From: the human T2T-CHM13v2.0 reference genome, Homo sapiens
NCBI RefSeq assembly: GCF_009914755.1
Contig: NC_060939.1
Reading direction: 5' to 3' (one strand)
DNA length: 64,000 nucleotides
The notes under the pieces are model-generated. The model saw nothing but the letters and a program-made list of their open reading frames with translations. It ran no database searches and was not told the DNA's origin. Shown in pieces: positions 1-15,480 of this stretch. Made by a program: the position numbers and the translations under genes. Within the stretch, counting starts at the first letter, position 1. The number at the start of each line of letters is the position of its first letter.

Positions 1-404
<404 letters not shown>

Positions 405-509
405 TTAGAAGCTGTCAGAGAGCTGACAGGTCTTCAAGGTCCAGTTAGAGAAAAAGTTTTGGTATCCATGGCAAAGTGACACAGGAATAATGGTTTTTGG
501 AAGCAGTAT

Positions 510-676
510 GCTCACCAGCTGAGTGACATTGCTAAGTTCCTTGATCTTTCTGAAGCTGAGTTGTCTTGCTCAGTAAAATAGGAATAGTATATAATAACAT
601 CTCTCTCTTAGGGGTGTAAGTATTATAATGTATATAAAGTCCCTAGAACATAATAAACACTTAACAAATGTTAATA
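510..676 (+). mobile_element. MIR SINE fragment
   Basis: agctgagtgac...cagtaaaataggaatag...aaatgtta resembles MIR core and 3' end. Confidence 0.6.
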
Positions 677-1012
677 CACTGGACAAAGGGATGATTTATG
701 TCCTGCTGGGGACAGAGTGGGATGGCACAAGATTTCTTTTTTTGTGTGTGATGGAGTCTTGCTCTTTCGCCCAGGCTGCAGTGCAGTGGAGCAATCTCGG
801 CTCACTGCAACATCCGCCTCCCGGTTTCAAGTGATTCTTACCATGTTGGCCAGGCTGGTCTTGACCTCCTGACCTCAGGTGATCCCCCTGCCTCTGCCTC
901 CCAAAGTGCTGGGATTATAGGCGTGAGCCACTGTGCCCAGCTGGCACAAGATTTCATCATGCTATTCAGAATGGTACACAATTTAAAACTAATAAATTAT
1001 TTCTGGAATTTT
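677..1012 (-). mobile_element. MER8/Tigger2-like DNA transposon fragment, split by an Alu
   Basis: ctggacaaagggatgatt...agatttcatcatgctattcagaatgg...atttaaaact...tttctggaattt matches recalled consensus. Confidence 0.7.
737..941 (-). mobile_element. AluS with ~90-bp internal deletion
   Basis: Right arm joins left arm at gtgattct|taccatgttggcc; TSD tggcacaagatttc at 723-736 and 942-955. Confidence 0.9.
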
Positions 1013-1306
1013 TTATTTTTCTTTTTTGAGACAGTCTCACTCTGTCGCCCAGGATGGAGTGTAGTGGCAGGATCTCGCTGACTGCAATCTCTGCCTCCCA
1101 GGTTCGAGTGATTCTTCTGTCTCAGCCTCCCGAGTAGCTGGGCTTACATGTGCCACCACCTCACCCAGCTAATTTTCATATTTTTGGTAGTGACGGGGTT
1201 TCACCTTGTTGGCCAGGCTGGTCTCCAACTCCTGACCTCAAGTGATCCACCTGCCTCGGCCTCCCAAAGTGCTGGGATTACAGGCTTCTGCCACCGCACC
1301 CGGCCA
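1013..1306 (-). mobile_element. AluS (Sx/Sz-like)
   Basis: Full dimeric Alu with T-rich tail on the left. Confidence 0.93.
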
Positions 1307-1626
1307 GTTTCCAGCTTCTAGAAGCTGCCCACATTCTTGTGTCACGTCCCTTTTTCCATCTTCAAGGCCAGCAGTGGCTGCTCAGGTTTTCATATCGCTT
1401 TACTCTGACCGCCTCTTCTGCTTCCTTCTGTCGCATTTAAAAGGACACTTGTGATTACACTGGGCCCACCTGGATGATCCAGGATAATCTCCCTATTTTA
1501 AGGTCTGCTGATTAGCAACCTTCATTCCACCTATTAGCTTGATTCCCCTTGCCATGCAATGTAACACCAGTTCTGGGGATTACAACATGGATATCTTGGG
1601 GAGGGGGTGCCATTCTGCCTGTCACA
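1307..1626 (-). mobile_element. MaLR LTR fragment (MLT1D-like)
   Basis: gattacactgggcccacctggatgatccaggataatctccc...ends attctgcctgtcaca. Confidence 0.75.
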
Positions 1627-2047
1627 GTAGGTTAGAATTTCAGGAGCATCTTAACTCAGGGTTTCTCATGAGGGGGCAGTCAAGATGTCAGCTGCGTCTT
1701 CAGCCATTTGGAGGCCTGACTGGGCCTGGAGGGTGCCTTTCCTAGGGGACTTATCAAGTTGTGCTGGTTGTTGATGGAATGCATCAGTTTCTCCCCATAT
1801 GAGGCTCTCTTCTGCTGCTTGCGTGTCCTCAAGGCATGGCTATTGGCTTCCCCCAGCACAAGTGATCCAAGAGAGCAAAGCAGCAGCAGCAATTTGGTCT
1901 TTTCTAATCTAGCCTCAAAAGTCACACACATTTCCACTACACTCTGTAGGTCAAAGACTAAATCATACAATGCGGGAGGGGACCATCCAAAGTGTGAATA
2001 CCAGAAGTTGAGACTAATGGGAGCATATTGGAGGCAGGCTACCGCAC
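1627..2047 (-). mobile_element. Old MaLR LTR (MLT1G/H-like)
   Basis: tctcatgagggggcagtcaagatgtcagctg...gactgggcctggagg...ggctaccgca. Confidence 0.65.
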
Positions 2048-2430
2048 GACCACACTCTTCCTGTGAAATCTGTTCTAACCACTTCCCTACCCCCACCACA
2101 CTCCTGCATGCATTCTCTCTGCCCTCTTCTAACTTACACTACCCTTTATTTCACTCACGTGTCTACAGGTCAGTTTCCCTTTTCCTCATTTTGAGCACAT
2201 TGAGGCTAGAGATGATGCTTTATTTACTTCTGAATTCCTAACATTCAGCATAGTGTGATTGAACTGAATTGAATTAAGGAAAGAAGTCAGATGACCAGAA
2301 CTTGGAAACAAACCCCAGTCTTTTACGGGAGCCTTGCTGAATGTAGATGGTCGATTACTTGAATTTGAAGACTAGCCAGAGAGAGGCTTCATCTGGTAAA
2401 TCCCTTGAGAAATAAGGTATCCTTACAGTA

Positions 2431-2501
2431 GGCAGTTCTGCCTATGGAGCAGCCATTTTGCTTACACTGTTGCCCTAATAAGCTTGCTTTCTTAAAAAAA
2501 A
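2431..2501 (+). mobile_element. Retroposed polyadenylated 3' fragment of an ERV1 (MER41/MER4-group-like) LTR transcript
   Basis: ctgcctatggagcagccatt...aataagcttgctttc + A8, flanked by 17-bp direct repeats aaggtatc(c/t)tta(c/t)agta at 2414-2430 and 2500-2516. Confidence 0.65.
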
Positions 2502-2584
2502 GGTATCTTTATAGTAAATATAAGGAACTTGAGAGCTGAGGACTCTGTATAATAATACTTCTTTTTATTACTTTCCTGCATTGA

Positions 2585-3099
<515 letters not shown>

Positions 3100-3136
3100 T
3101 TTTTGTCTATTTTTATGTGGAGGCTACTCACCATAA

Positions 3137-3449
<313 letters not shown>

Positions 3450-3988
3450 TAAAGTCATTCTTGATCTTTCAAGATTTAACTGTGTGATGACAACTAATAA
3501 GTGAGGATGACTTTTCTGCCTTATTTAGGCCCCTACTCTTTCTAAGCATCTTTCCATACACCAGAGAGACTGTTGACAATTCCTCCAAAGACAGGACTTA
3601 CTTGGACCCCTAAATTTAAAGTTTCTAGCTATTCTGTGTTCTCTTCTTGGATGGCAGCATGAAAGATTCCAGGGCCATATGCTGTGTTTGCTCTGGGTGT
3701 CTCCATATGAAATGTATGCAGTTTCCCAAACAGAGTATTAACCTAGACTTCCTAGAGATGTCTGTGTTAGTGAAAAGTATTGTAACATCTTGTGTTAGTG
3801 ATAATGGTTTCAAATTAGACAGCTTGAATTTCTTAATAGAAACCAAAGAGACTTTTGGATAATATGTGAATCGAAAGGAAAGAATCTGCTAGTTTCTAGC
3901 CAAAAGGTGACCCTTTTAAAGACATATTTGTTAGTTGTGAGTGACAGAGGTTACAGAGTCAGCCAGGACCATTTCTAAAGTGTTAAAC

Positions 3989-4175
3989 TGACCTTAGGTA
4001 ACAAGGTCATGAGGTCGGTAGGGGTCAGGATTGGTCGAGGAGAACTCTTTGCCTTTTGTCGAGAGCTTTAAAAGGTTTCAACTTCCCGTCCCTCCCTCTC
4101 TTCTTTCTGGTCTCACCCTGCCTGGCTGTTTTCTAAAAGCCACCATGATTTGAAAACTGACTCATGGGCTGACCT
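3989..4175. promoter_or_regulatory. Candidate nuclear-receptor composite element with nearby AP-1 site
   Basis: TGACCT, AGGTAA, AGGTCA, AGGTCG, GGGTCA, TGGTCG within 3989-4037; TGACTCA at 4158-4164. Confidence 0.35.
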
Positions 4176-4312
4176 TCCCAGCCTGAGGGCACATGGACAA
4201 CCAGATGCTGTAGTTCAAACATATTCCTGTTTGGCAGGGTGGCAGGAGCCAGGAAGCCTGGAGATGGGGACTCTCCTCATCCCCCTTGCAATCTGTAAGA
4301 ATTGTCTAATGA

Positions 4313-4613
4313 AGGCCGGGCGCGGTGGCTCACGCCTGAAATCTCAGCACTTTGGGGAGGCTGAGGCGGGCAGATCACTTGAGGTCAGGAGTTCAAGACC
4401 AGCCTGGCCAGCATGGTGAAACCCTGTCTCTACTAAAAATACAAAAATTAGCCAGGCATGGTGGCAGGCGACTGTAGTCCCAGCTACTTGTGAGGCTGAG
4501 GCAAGAGAATCGCTTGAACCCAGGAAGCAGAGGTTGCAGTGAGTCAAGATTGTGCCAACGCATTCCTGCCTTGGCAAGACAGCGAGACTCAGTCTCAAAA
4601 AAAAAAAAAAAAA
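4313..4613 (+). mobile_element. AluSx/Sz-like
   Basis: ggccgggcgcggtggctcacgcc...ctcaaaa; GA-rich extension after tail. Confidence 0.94.
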
Positions 4614-4669
4614 GAGAGAGAGACTAGAGAGAGAATTGTTTTATGAAGATATGACCTTCTGTTCTTACT

Positions 4670-4834
4670 TTGTTTTATTTTGTCTCTCTATGTTGCCAGG
4701 CTAAACTGCCATGGCTATTCATAAGCACAATCATCACACATTGTAGCCTTAGTCTAACTCCTGGGCTCAAGCAATCCTCCTGCCTCAGCCTCCTGAGTAG
4801 CTGGGACTACAGGATCTCACCACCATACCTGGCT
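4670..4834 (-). mobile_element. FAM (fossil Alu monomer)
   Basis: Retains the 7SL-like segment ggctattcataagcacaatc that dimeric Alus lack. Confidence 0.75.
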
Positions 4835-5052
4835 TGGTCATCAGTTGTTTATATTATTTCCCTTTGGCTTCTCTGTGTTTATAAATGTTTGAATTGCTGT
4901 CTTTGATGAAGTTGAGCAAATCATTAAACCTTTTGGGGATTAATTTTTTTCTCATCAACAAAATGAGAAAAACTGCATAAGCTATTTTTCTTCATGTTCG
5001 TTTGAGTAGCTAAAATGTCTATACTTTTTTTGTTCTTGATTAGTAAAAATTA

Positions 5053-5571
<519 letters not shown>

Positions 5572-6439
5572 CTATGTATAATTACTGGCTTTACAGAAGG
5601 TGGAGTAAGACATTTGGAACCCTGCCCAGGTGCTAACCCTTTGCTTTTAGCCCCAAATGACTTATGAAACTTAATAAACTCTTCTAAGCCCTTGCACATG
5701 ACATATGCTCAGCATATGATTGTGTTTGGTTTCTCTGGCATGTAACTTGTATATTACTTATGTAAGCTTTACCACTTTACGATAGTGCTTTGGACAATGA
5801 TTTCTTATTAAAAAGACTTTGGCTTTCCCCCTCCTGAACATGTAAAGCACATTTGAACTGACATCTTTCAAATAGAGAAACTGTGATTTGCTCACATATA
5901 GCTTAACTGACTCGGGGATATTTCCTCCTCATTAACCTGTCCCCATCAATTTGAGGAGGAAATCAGTAAGACCTCACCATGAATCCTCTTTACCTCTGTA
6001 TTTCCTTTTTTCCTCTCTTTGAAAAATCTGCTGAAATCTGGGTCGGACTTTTGAATATTTTCCAGGCTTCATCCATAGTGATCTCAGCTCCCTAAGACCA
6101 TAGTTGTCCACAGCTTCAGGGCTCCCCATAGGAGGCTGGTCCAACGGTTGGAACTCCAGAGGCTCCTCCCTGCCCACCCCCACTCTGTGGTGTTTGCCTG
6201 TCCAAGACTCAGGCAGACATAAGGGCAGTTCTGGCTGCCAGATGCTCATCCAATCATCTAGTTCCTTCCGCCTCCGTTTTAAGAGAAAATAACCAGGGAA
6301 AGAAGAGGAAATGATTGTTAATGATCAGGGCCCCAGAAAAATCTAGTGTATATGCTGGAGGAATGGAATGTGGGAAAGGAGGGCCATGAGCACCTGATTG
6401 AGAAATTTCAATTTCTTTCTATCTGATTCACTTTAATAT

Positions 6440-6770
6440 TTTTAGGAGTAAAATTCTGTAATGTGAGCAGTGGAGATGCGTAAAACACACAAGAGGTATG
6501 TCCACATGCAGATCCACAATCTAGTGGAGGAGGAAGAAAAATACAGACAGAACTTAAATATAACCATATTAAAAACCTAGAAGCAATGTTCTGTGGGAAT
6601 AGAGAAGAGGAAAAAAGTTATTTCAATGGAAAGACTCTCAGAAGGCTTTGTGTAGGAGATAGCATTTTAGCTCAGTCTTGAAGAATGGGTACGATTTAAT
6701 GAAAGGATTTTTCTGGGAGTGGAGGCAGAGGTCAGGAAGGATATTCCTGGGAGAAAGGAGAGAAAACAAC
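6440..6770 (-). mobile_element. L2 fragment
   Basis: acaatctagtggagg...gaaggctttg...ttttagctcagtcttgaagaatgggt. Confidence 0.55.
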
Positions 6771-6788
6771 TTGAATAAAATCCCCTAG

Positions 6789-7185
<397 letters not shown>

Positions 7186-7212
7186 TTAATTTTAGCTTAA
7201 AAATCATATGGC

Positions 7213-7794
<582 letters not shown>

Positions 7795-7914
7795 TCATAC
7801 TGAGGAAGAGAAATATGAAATTATAATAGCTGCATGGAGCACAGGGAAAAAATGTAAAGACTAGGTAACTTTGAAGGTTTCATTTAAAATAATTTTTGTT
7901 AAGAAAACACGGCA

Positions 7915-8220
7915 GGCCGGGCATGGTGGCTCACGCCTGTAATCCCCAGCACTTTGGGAGGCCAAGGCGGGCAGATCAGGAGGTCAGGAGATCGAGACCA
8001 TCCTGGCTAACACAGTGAATCTCCGTCTCTTCTAAAAATACAAAAAATTAGCCCGGTGTGATGGCGGGTGCCTATAGTCCCAGCTATTCAGGAGGCTGAG
8101 GCAGGAGAATGGCGTGAACCCAGGAGGCAGAGCTTGCAGTGAGCTGAGATCGCGCCACTGCACTCGAGCCTGGGTGATAGAGTGAGACTTCATCTCAAAA
8201 AAAAAAAAAAAAAAGAAAAG
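7915..8220 (+). mobile_element. AluY
   Basis: Y diagnostics; TSD aagaaaaca(c/t)ggca. Confidence 0.95.
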
Positions 8221-8587
8221 AAAACATGGCAAAGGCACCTTGGATGATATAGAACATCTTGGGAAATGGTTATTCAGATACTATAAGGATTAGGGTAGAG
8301 GTTGGAAAAAGGAATAATACTATATGGGATAACAATTCTTATATTTAAGATTACTGTAAGGATAAAGTAGGTAATTTAGGTAAAAAGCTTAATACTAAAT
8401 GGTATTAAGTAAATACAGAGCTAAATGGTATTAAGCTCCATAAATGGTAGTTGCTATTGCTATTATTTTTGAATTGTTTGTTTATTGCTATTGTTTATTG
8501 TTATAAACTTAAGCATAAAAAAGCAAGACTGGAAAAATGTTTGTCTATGAGAAGAGAGGGGCAGAAACTATCAAAACAAGACCCTAG

Positions 8588-8915
8588 AGCCGGCTCAGTG
8601 GCTCACACCTCTAATCCCAATGCCTTGGGAGGCCAAGGCAAGAAGATTGCTCGCATCTAGAAGTTTGAGATCAGCCTGGGTAAGATAGCAACCTTGTCTC
8701 TACAAAAACAAAAATAAAAAAATTAGCCAGTCTTGGCAGGATGTACCTGTGGTCCTAGCTACTCAAGAGGCTAAGGTGGGAGGACTGCTTGCACCCAGGA
8801 GTTTAAGGCTGCAGTGAGCTATGGTTGCACCACTGCACTTGGCAGCCTGGATGACAGAATAAGACCCCTTCTCTGAAAAAAAAAAAAAAAAAAACAAAAA
8901 ACAAAAACACAAAAC
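8588..8915 (+). mobile_element. AluJ
   Basis: aaggctgcagtgagctatg J diagnostics; TSD aaaaca(a/t)gacccta. Confidence 0.9.
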
Positions 8916-9079
8916 TAAAACATGACCCTAAGGATTTGGAGATGGAGGTGCCATTGGATAAAGAATAAGGCTGAGAGATCTGGGACATTTTAGTCCCCTG
9001 CAGATCCTTTCCTCCAGCTTTGTTCTCTAAGCCTGCCCAGCTTTCTTCAACTGCCAGAAACCCCTTCTGTTTCACCAGC

Positions 9080-9295
9080 AATTTCCTACCCATCCCTCTA
9101 AGCCCAGGTCAAATGCCACCCCCTTCCTAGAGGCTTTTTCCTCTCATCAGTTAGAATGCATGAGTGTTTCTTGCATTTTCTCAGAACATGCTACTTGTGC
9201 TTTGACGACGCAAATATTCGTGTGTCTGTCTCCCTCCCCGGATTCTTTTTGGTTCCTCGTGCTTAGTGAGTGCTCAAGAAGCATTTATTGAGATA
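9080..9295 (+). mobile_element. L2 3' fragment
   Basis: aagcccaggtcaaatgccacc...gtgctcaagaagcatttattga. Confidence 0.5.
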
Positions 9296-9785
9296 AAATG
9301 TGACACATAGTGAGTTTAAAGTTTACTATACATAAATTTTTCCCATAGATGTTAGGGTTAGCCTCAAGCCCCAGATGTGCAAAAAAGCAAATTTACTTTT
9401 CTGTAAGTCCCATTCATCTCTCTCAGGGTGACAGATAATTAGTACTAGTTAGTTAGGGGTATCTCCTGCTGTCCCCCATGCTGCCTATAAGTGCAAGGGG
9501 GCTCACTAGAGCCCTGTCTTCAATCTACACAGCACATGGCTGAGTTGTCCCTGTTCCTTGAGACTTCTCTATGCCTCTCAGGCTCAAAGGAACTCATTCT
9601 ACTGCCCCTGTGCTGTTTGGACTCAGTTGCTCAGACACTCTCACAGACATAGCTGCTCTGGGCTATGCTGTCTTTGGTGTCTACAAGAGGACAGGGGCAC
9701 CCTTTTCTCTAAGCTTCCCCAAATCCATCAGTCCATCAGTGGTTTCTGTTGTCATTTACCAACACTGCCCCCAGAGGCCAAGTCA

Positions 9786-10142
<357 letters not shown>

Positions 10143-10629
10143 TTATCATTGTCTCCCTCCCCAGCCTGGACTTTCCTCCTCCCTTCAAAGCAGAAAACTT
10201 TCAAATTGGCCCAAGAGTGGGAAAACTTGCTCTGATGCAAATGTCAAGTTTTTTTCTGTGCCCCAGGGGTTCCTTCAAGGCCTGGACTTTTAAATGTCAA
10301 AAGCCTTTCTCCCACTTATTAAGGTACTAAATGTCCTCTAGTCTAGCTGCCCAATTAAAGGAAGAGTGGAGGGGGTAACGGGAAATACTGCAGTGGGAGA
10401 ATCTTTAATATTTCCACCATGCGGGTATGTGGTGATGTGGAACTCATGGTAGAGAACTGCAATTGTAAATCTGGGAATCAAAAACTTATTCTCACAATAA
10501 CCAAAGCTGGAATGAATCTCCATGCATGTCAAAGGGGAAAAAGAAATCAATCAGGTAATTTTTTGAATTAAGCACTGTGCTAATTACCCCTAGGGGACAG
10601 ACAGGAAGCTTGCAATTTAGTTATAAGAA

Positions 10630-10990
10630 TCTTTTGCAATCTGGCCCCAGGCTCCCTCTGTAGTCTCTTTCGTCACCACGACCTTCCTTGACAGCACTCT
10701 TCTCAGCACTCTGCCTTTGCCAGCCTGTTCCCTGAGGCTAGAATGCCTGTGCTGCTCTCTCCCTTGTCTTCCCCAGCCGGCAAACTCATCCTTAAAGGAG
10801 ATCAAATGTCTTCTCTTGAAAGCTTTCCTGATGCCTGTGGCAGTTTTGTAGCTCTCCCTCCAGGCCCGCATTATGTCAGCAACCACTGACCTGTGAAGAA
10901 TCTGAGGGCGAGGACTGAACCTATCCCCAGTACCTAGTACATAGAGCTTGGAACACAGTAGATACTCAGTAAATATTTGTTGACTGCATA
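10630..10990 (+). mobile_element. L2 3' end
   Basis: ccccagtacctagtacatagagcttggaacacagtagatactcagtaaatatttgttga. Confidence 0.7.
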
Positions 10991-11081
10991 AGGGAATAAA
11001 ATATACACTCAAAGCTGTAAGTGATAGAACAATGATACCTGAGCAGTCAACAACAGTAACAGTAAACATAGTAACTAGTGA

Positions 11082-11714
<633 letters not shown>

Positions 11715-11850
11715 CAGATACTGTTTTACCACTTTACCTTGGTTTATTTAGTCCTGGCTACAACCCTATGAAATAAGCACAATTTTTATCTCCATTTACA
11801 GATAAAGACCACTGAGGGATAGAGAGGTCAAGTTACCTGCTTAGAATTAC
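11715..11850 (-). mobile_element. MIR (continues from ~11070, split by Alus)
   Basis: caaccctatgaaataag...ccatttacagataaagaccactgagg...agaggtcaagttacctgc. Confidence 0.65.
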
Positions 11851-12128
11851 TTGTCTATGTAACAATTCAGTATGGTAACTTAGTTACTAAATTAGGATTA
11901 CTTAAATTTAGTAATAATTAAAGAAACAGTTGGACAACTGTTCTTAATTTTTTGAGACTAGTTTCCTCCTACCCAAAGTGAGGGGATTGGACTCTGTGAT
12001 TTATAAGATCACTTTCAATTTGGAAAATCTCTTAATCAACAGTAAAGGATGTGACTAAAATGCAATGTATGCGAATGGTGGAACATGGGTGTCAAGAGCA
12101 GGGCTTGAAGGGAAAGATATAGTCTGTG

Positions 12129-12262
12129 AGCCAGGGGTGGTGGTGCACACCTGTAGTTGCAGTTACTCGGAAGGCTGATGCAGGAGGATGCTTTGGGCCC
12201 AGGAGTTCAAGGCTACAGTGAGCTATGATCATGCCACTGTGCTCCAGCCTGGGCATCTGAGT
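12129..12262 (+). mobile_element. FRAM / AluJ right monomer
   Basis: ggagttcaaggctacagtgagctatgatcatgccactg. Confidence 0.8.
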
Positions 12263-12295
12263 GGGGAAGGGGAGAGAGGGAGGGAGGGAAGGAGG

Positions 12296-12339
<44 letters not shown>
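12263..12339 (+). repeat. Purine tract ending in (AG)~19 microsatellite
   Basis: Directly visible. Confidence 0.95.
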
Positions 12340-12342
<3 letters not shown>

Positions 12343-13261
12343 TGTGTCTGAAAGCAGGTGCTGAAGTAAAGTAAAAGGTCTAACTAACTAAGGCTCATGT
12401 CCTTTCAAAGAATCAGCCCATGCCATTCCCTCTCACAAAGGAAGTGGCTGGGCTGCACCTGTTCTCTCCTTCTGCATGCCCTCTACATGATTCCTTCAGA
12501 AAGGTACTGTGCAGTTTCTTTTTTTAACTCCACACTACCTGATGCTCACTTGCACTGCCTCTCCTTGTGGAATAGTGGTGCAGAAGCAGGTAGCACAGGA
12601 CGATTTGCCTAGGATACATCCCCTAAGATGGTTTCAGGCCCCACATCTTCCTGGGCACAGCCCAGGCCAGCTGGTCATAGAGACTAGAGAAGTGGTGAGT
12701 ATTAGGATGGAAAGAGGTCCCTCTAAGGTGGCAAAGGATGGTGGATCGTCAGGGCTAGGCAGAGTGTGAGGGTGAAGAAATGGATCATTGGAGGTGCTCA
12801 CTTCCTCTCTGTCTTCTTTTGCCCCCTTTTGTCCACACATCCAGTCAATGAATACACACCACCAATTCAGCCCCTCAGAGAGTCTGTGCCTGTCTCCTCT
12901 CTTTTCCACCACCTCCATCTAGTTTGGATTTTAAGTGCTTCTTTGGTTTGCAGGAGTAACTTCCCTAACAGTCTCCCTGTTTCCAGTTCATTTTATATCA
13001 AGCTGACAGGTTTGCTTTAATCACAGCTCTGATCCTGCAACACCAGGGCCACCAGCCTTCAATCCCTTTCCATTCTCCAAACTTCATATTTTTCATGTTC
13101 CAATTCTTTGTATTCTCATATTGTCATTTCCTAGTATGTATAGGGAAACCAGATGACCAACTACTCTTCCAACATGCCCCTGCCCTCTCTCTCCACATTT
13201 GGGCTCAGGCTTTGTGTCTGTTTAAGTCCTATTAGACCCAGTTCAAATGGTATGGGTTTGA

Positions 13262-13852
<591 letters not shown>

Positions 13853-14244
13853 ATGTTATGGTTTTTATAAAGTCTTCTGGGATATCTGCATTCAAATTTA
13901 ATTTCTCATAACAACTCATGCCTCTGTTATAGCAGAAGATCATGATGAAATTTGTTTTTAGGTTTACATTTGTAAATCTGTTTCTATTAGGTTGTGAGCC
14001 CTATGAAAATAGGAATTCTGTGTTTTTATATTTCTCACAGAGGCCAGTATGCAACTTTTCATTCAATGGGCACTTGACAGTTATTGAATGTGTGAAATAA
14101 TGTATAAGTAAACATGCTGTGTTCATTAAGGTTGAACAACATAAACCAGCATGGTCTAGATTAAACCAAGAAAGTGAATATATAGGAGTCTATTTTGTTG
14201 CAAGCTGGATATAATGTGCTGGATAAAAGGACACACTACTAGTT

Positions 14245-14455
14245 CCCATAGAGTTTTCTGCCTTTGGCTTCCACTCTAGTAAGTTGTGTTTCTTTGTATT
14301 TTCCTGTCCACCTCCTCGATTTTTTGGGCAATACTCTGCCCGGTAGCCTCGGGTCTCTGTTGGATCTAAGAAGAGTTATTGATGTTTGCTTTGCTCAGCA
14401 TTTTTCTTGTACAGATGGGAGTGATGACTTCCAAGCCAGACCAGAAAGCAGGTCT
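14245..14455 (-). mobile_element. Old L1 (L1MC/MD-type) 5' end fragment
   Basis: ggatctaagaagagttattgat...gatgggagtgatgacttccaagc matches recalled L1M 5' end. Confidence 0.55.
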
Positions 14456-14944
14456 CTGTAGGGTCTATTTTGGAGTGGGAAAGACTCAGACAACTCAGAT
14501 TCAGGAAGGAATGGACCCAGAGTAGTTCTGGGCACTTGTGCAGTAGAAGTTGATCTTCTCTCTAGAGTCCTGCCATTTACATGGTTTAGCACTGACAAGG
14601 CCCAAGCTCTCCATCTCTCCCCTCTATACTTTTTACATTCTAGGGAGGGACCCAAGGAGGGATTATCTACTCCTGGATCAATCAGCTATGGCCAACGTCA
14701 CCTGGCCACAAAGTATGGATGTGCCCTTTGGGGGCCGCCCCTGTGAGTTAGGGCCACTCTTCAGAAAAGGGGTCTTTGGGAGCTGTGCAGAACCACAAGA
14801 AGCATCTACCTCACCATCAGAGGTCCTTGTTTGAAAAGTTTGGCAGCAGAAGAGAGAACAGCATGGGGGAAAAATAAATTAACTTCTAGAGGAGGCAAAT
14901 ATTGGGTAAGAAAGAAGTTAATACTGGACGATGGGGAATTGTCC

Positions 14945-15066
14945 CACCATGGTGGCTCATGCCTATAATCCCAACACTTCAGGAGGCTGAGGTAAGAGGA
15001 TTGCTTGAGCCCAGGAGTTCAAGACCAGCCTGGGCAACATATCGAGACATATCTGTTTTTAAAAAA
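14945..15066 (+). mobile_element. FLAM / Alu left monomer
   Basis: ggtggctcatgcctataatccc...gagcccaggagttcaagaccagcctgggcaacat. Confidence 0.85.
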
Positions 15067-15480
15067 GTTACTGTTGTCCCTAATGTTTTAAAGAATGATA
15101 AAGTGGCAGTGGAGGGGTCAAAAGTATATATAATGAAGAAATTAATCATAGATCTACTGCTGATTTGGATCATGTATTTGAAGAATCAGCTGTTAATAGA
15201 AAGAGAAAATAGGGTGGCAATTGGAAGGAGGCCATCAATTCCAGGAATTGTTCTCTTCATGTTGGTGGAAACCTTGAGGGTGAGATTGGTTGGGTCAGTA
15301 GGATGGGAGGGTGAGGGGATGGGTCAAGTAAGCAGAGGTGGGGCATAGGTAGGGGAGTGTGTCCTTGAGGGGTTAGGAGATGGCTCTAGGAGCCAAGGTA
15401 GCTTCCAAAAGAAGACCTAGCTGCTAGCAGGATTTTAAGGAGTAAAGAAGGGATCAAGTTAAATTCTCTGATGGGGAGCC

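Noticed and set aside
1680-2241. Overlapping 139-160 aa ORFs
   Set aside because: Lie within an old MLT1 LTR; no protein-like features.
8395-8435. 15-bp direct repeat ctaaatggtattaag with an 11-bp spacer
   Set aside because: Only two copies inside a decayed MIR; a simple local duplication, not a CRISPR-like array.
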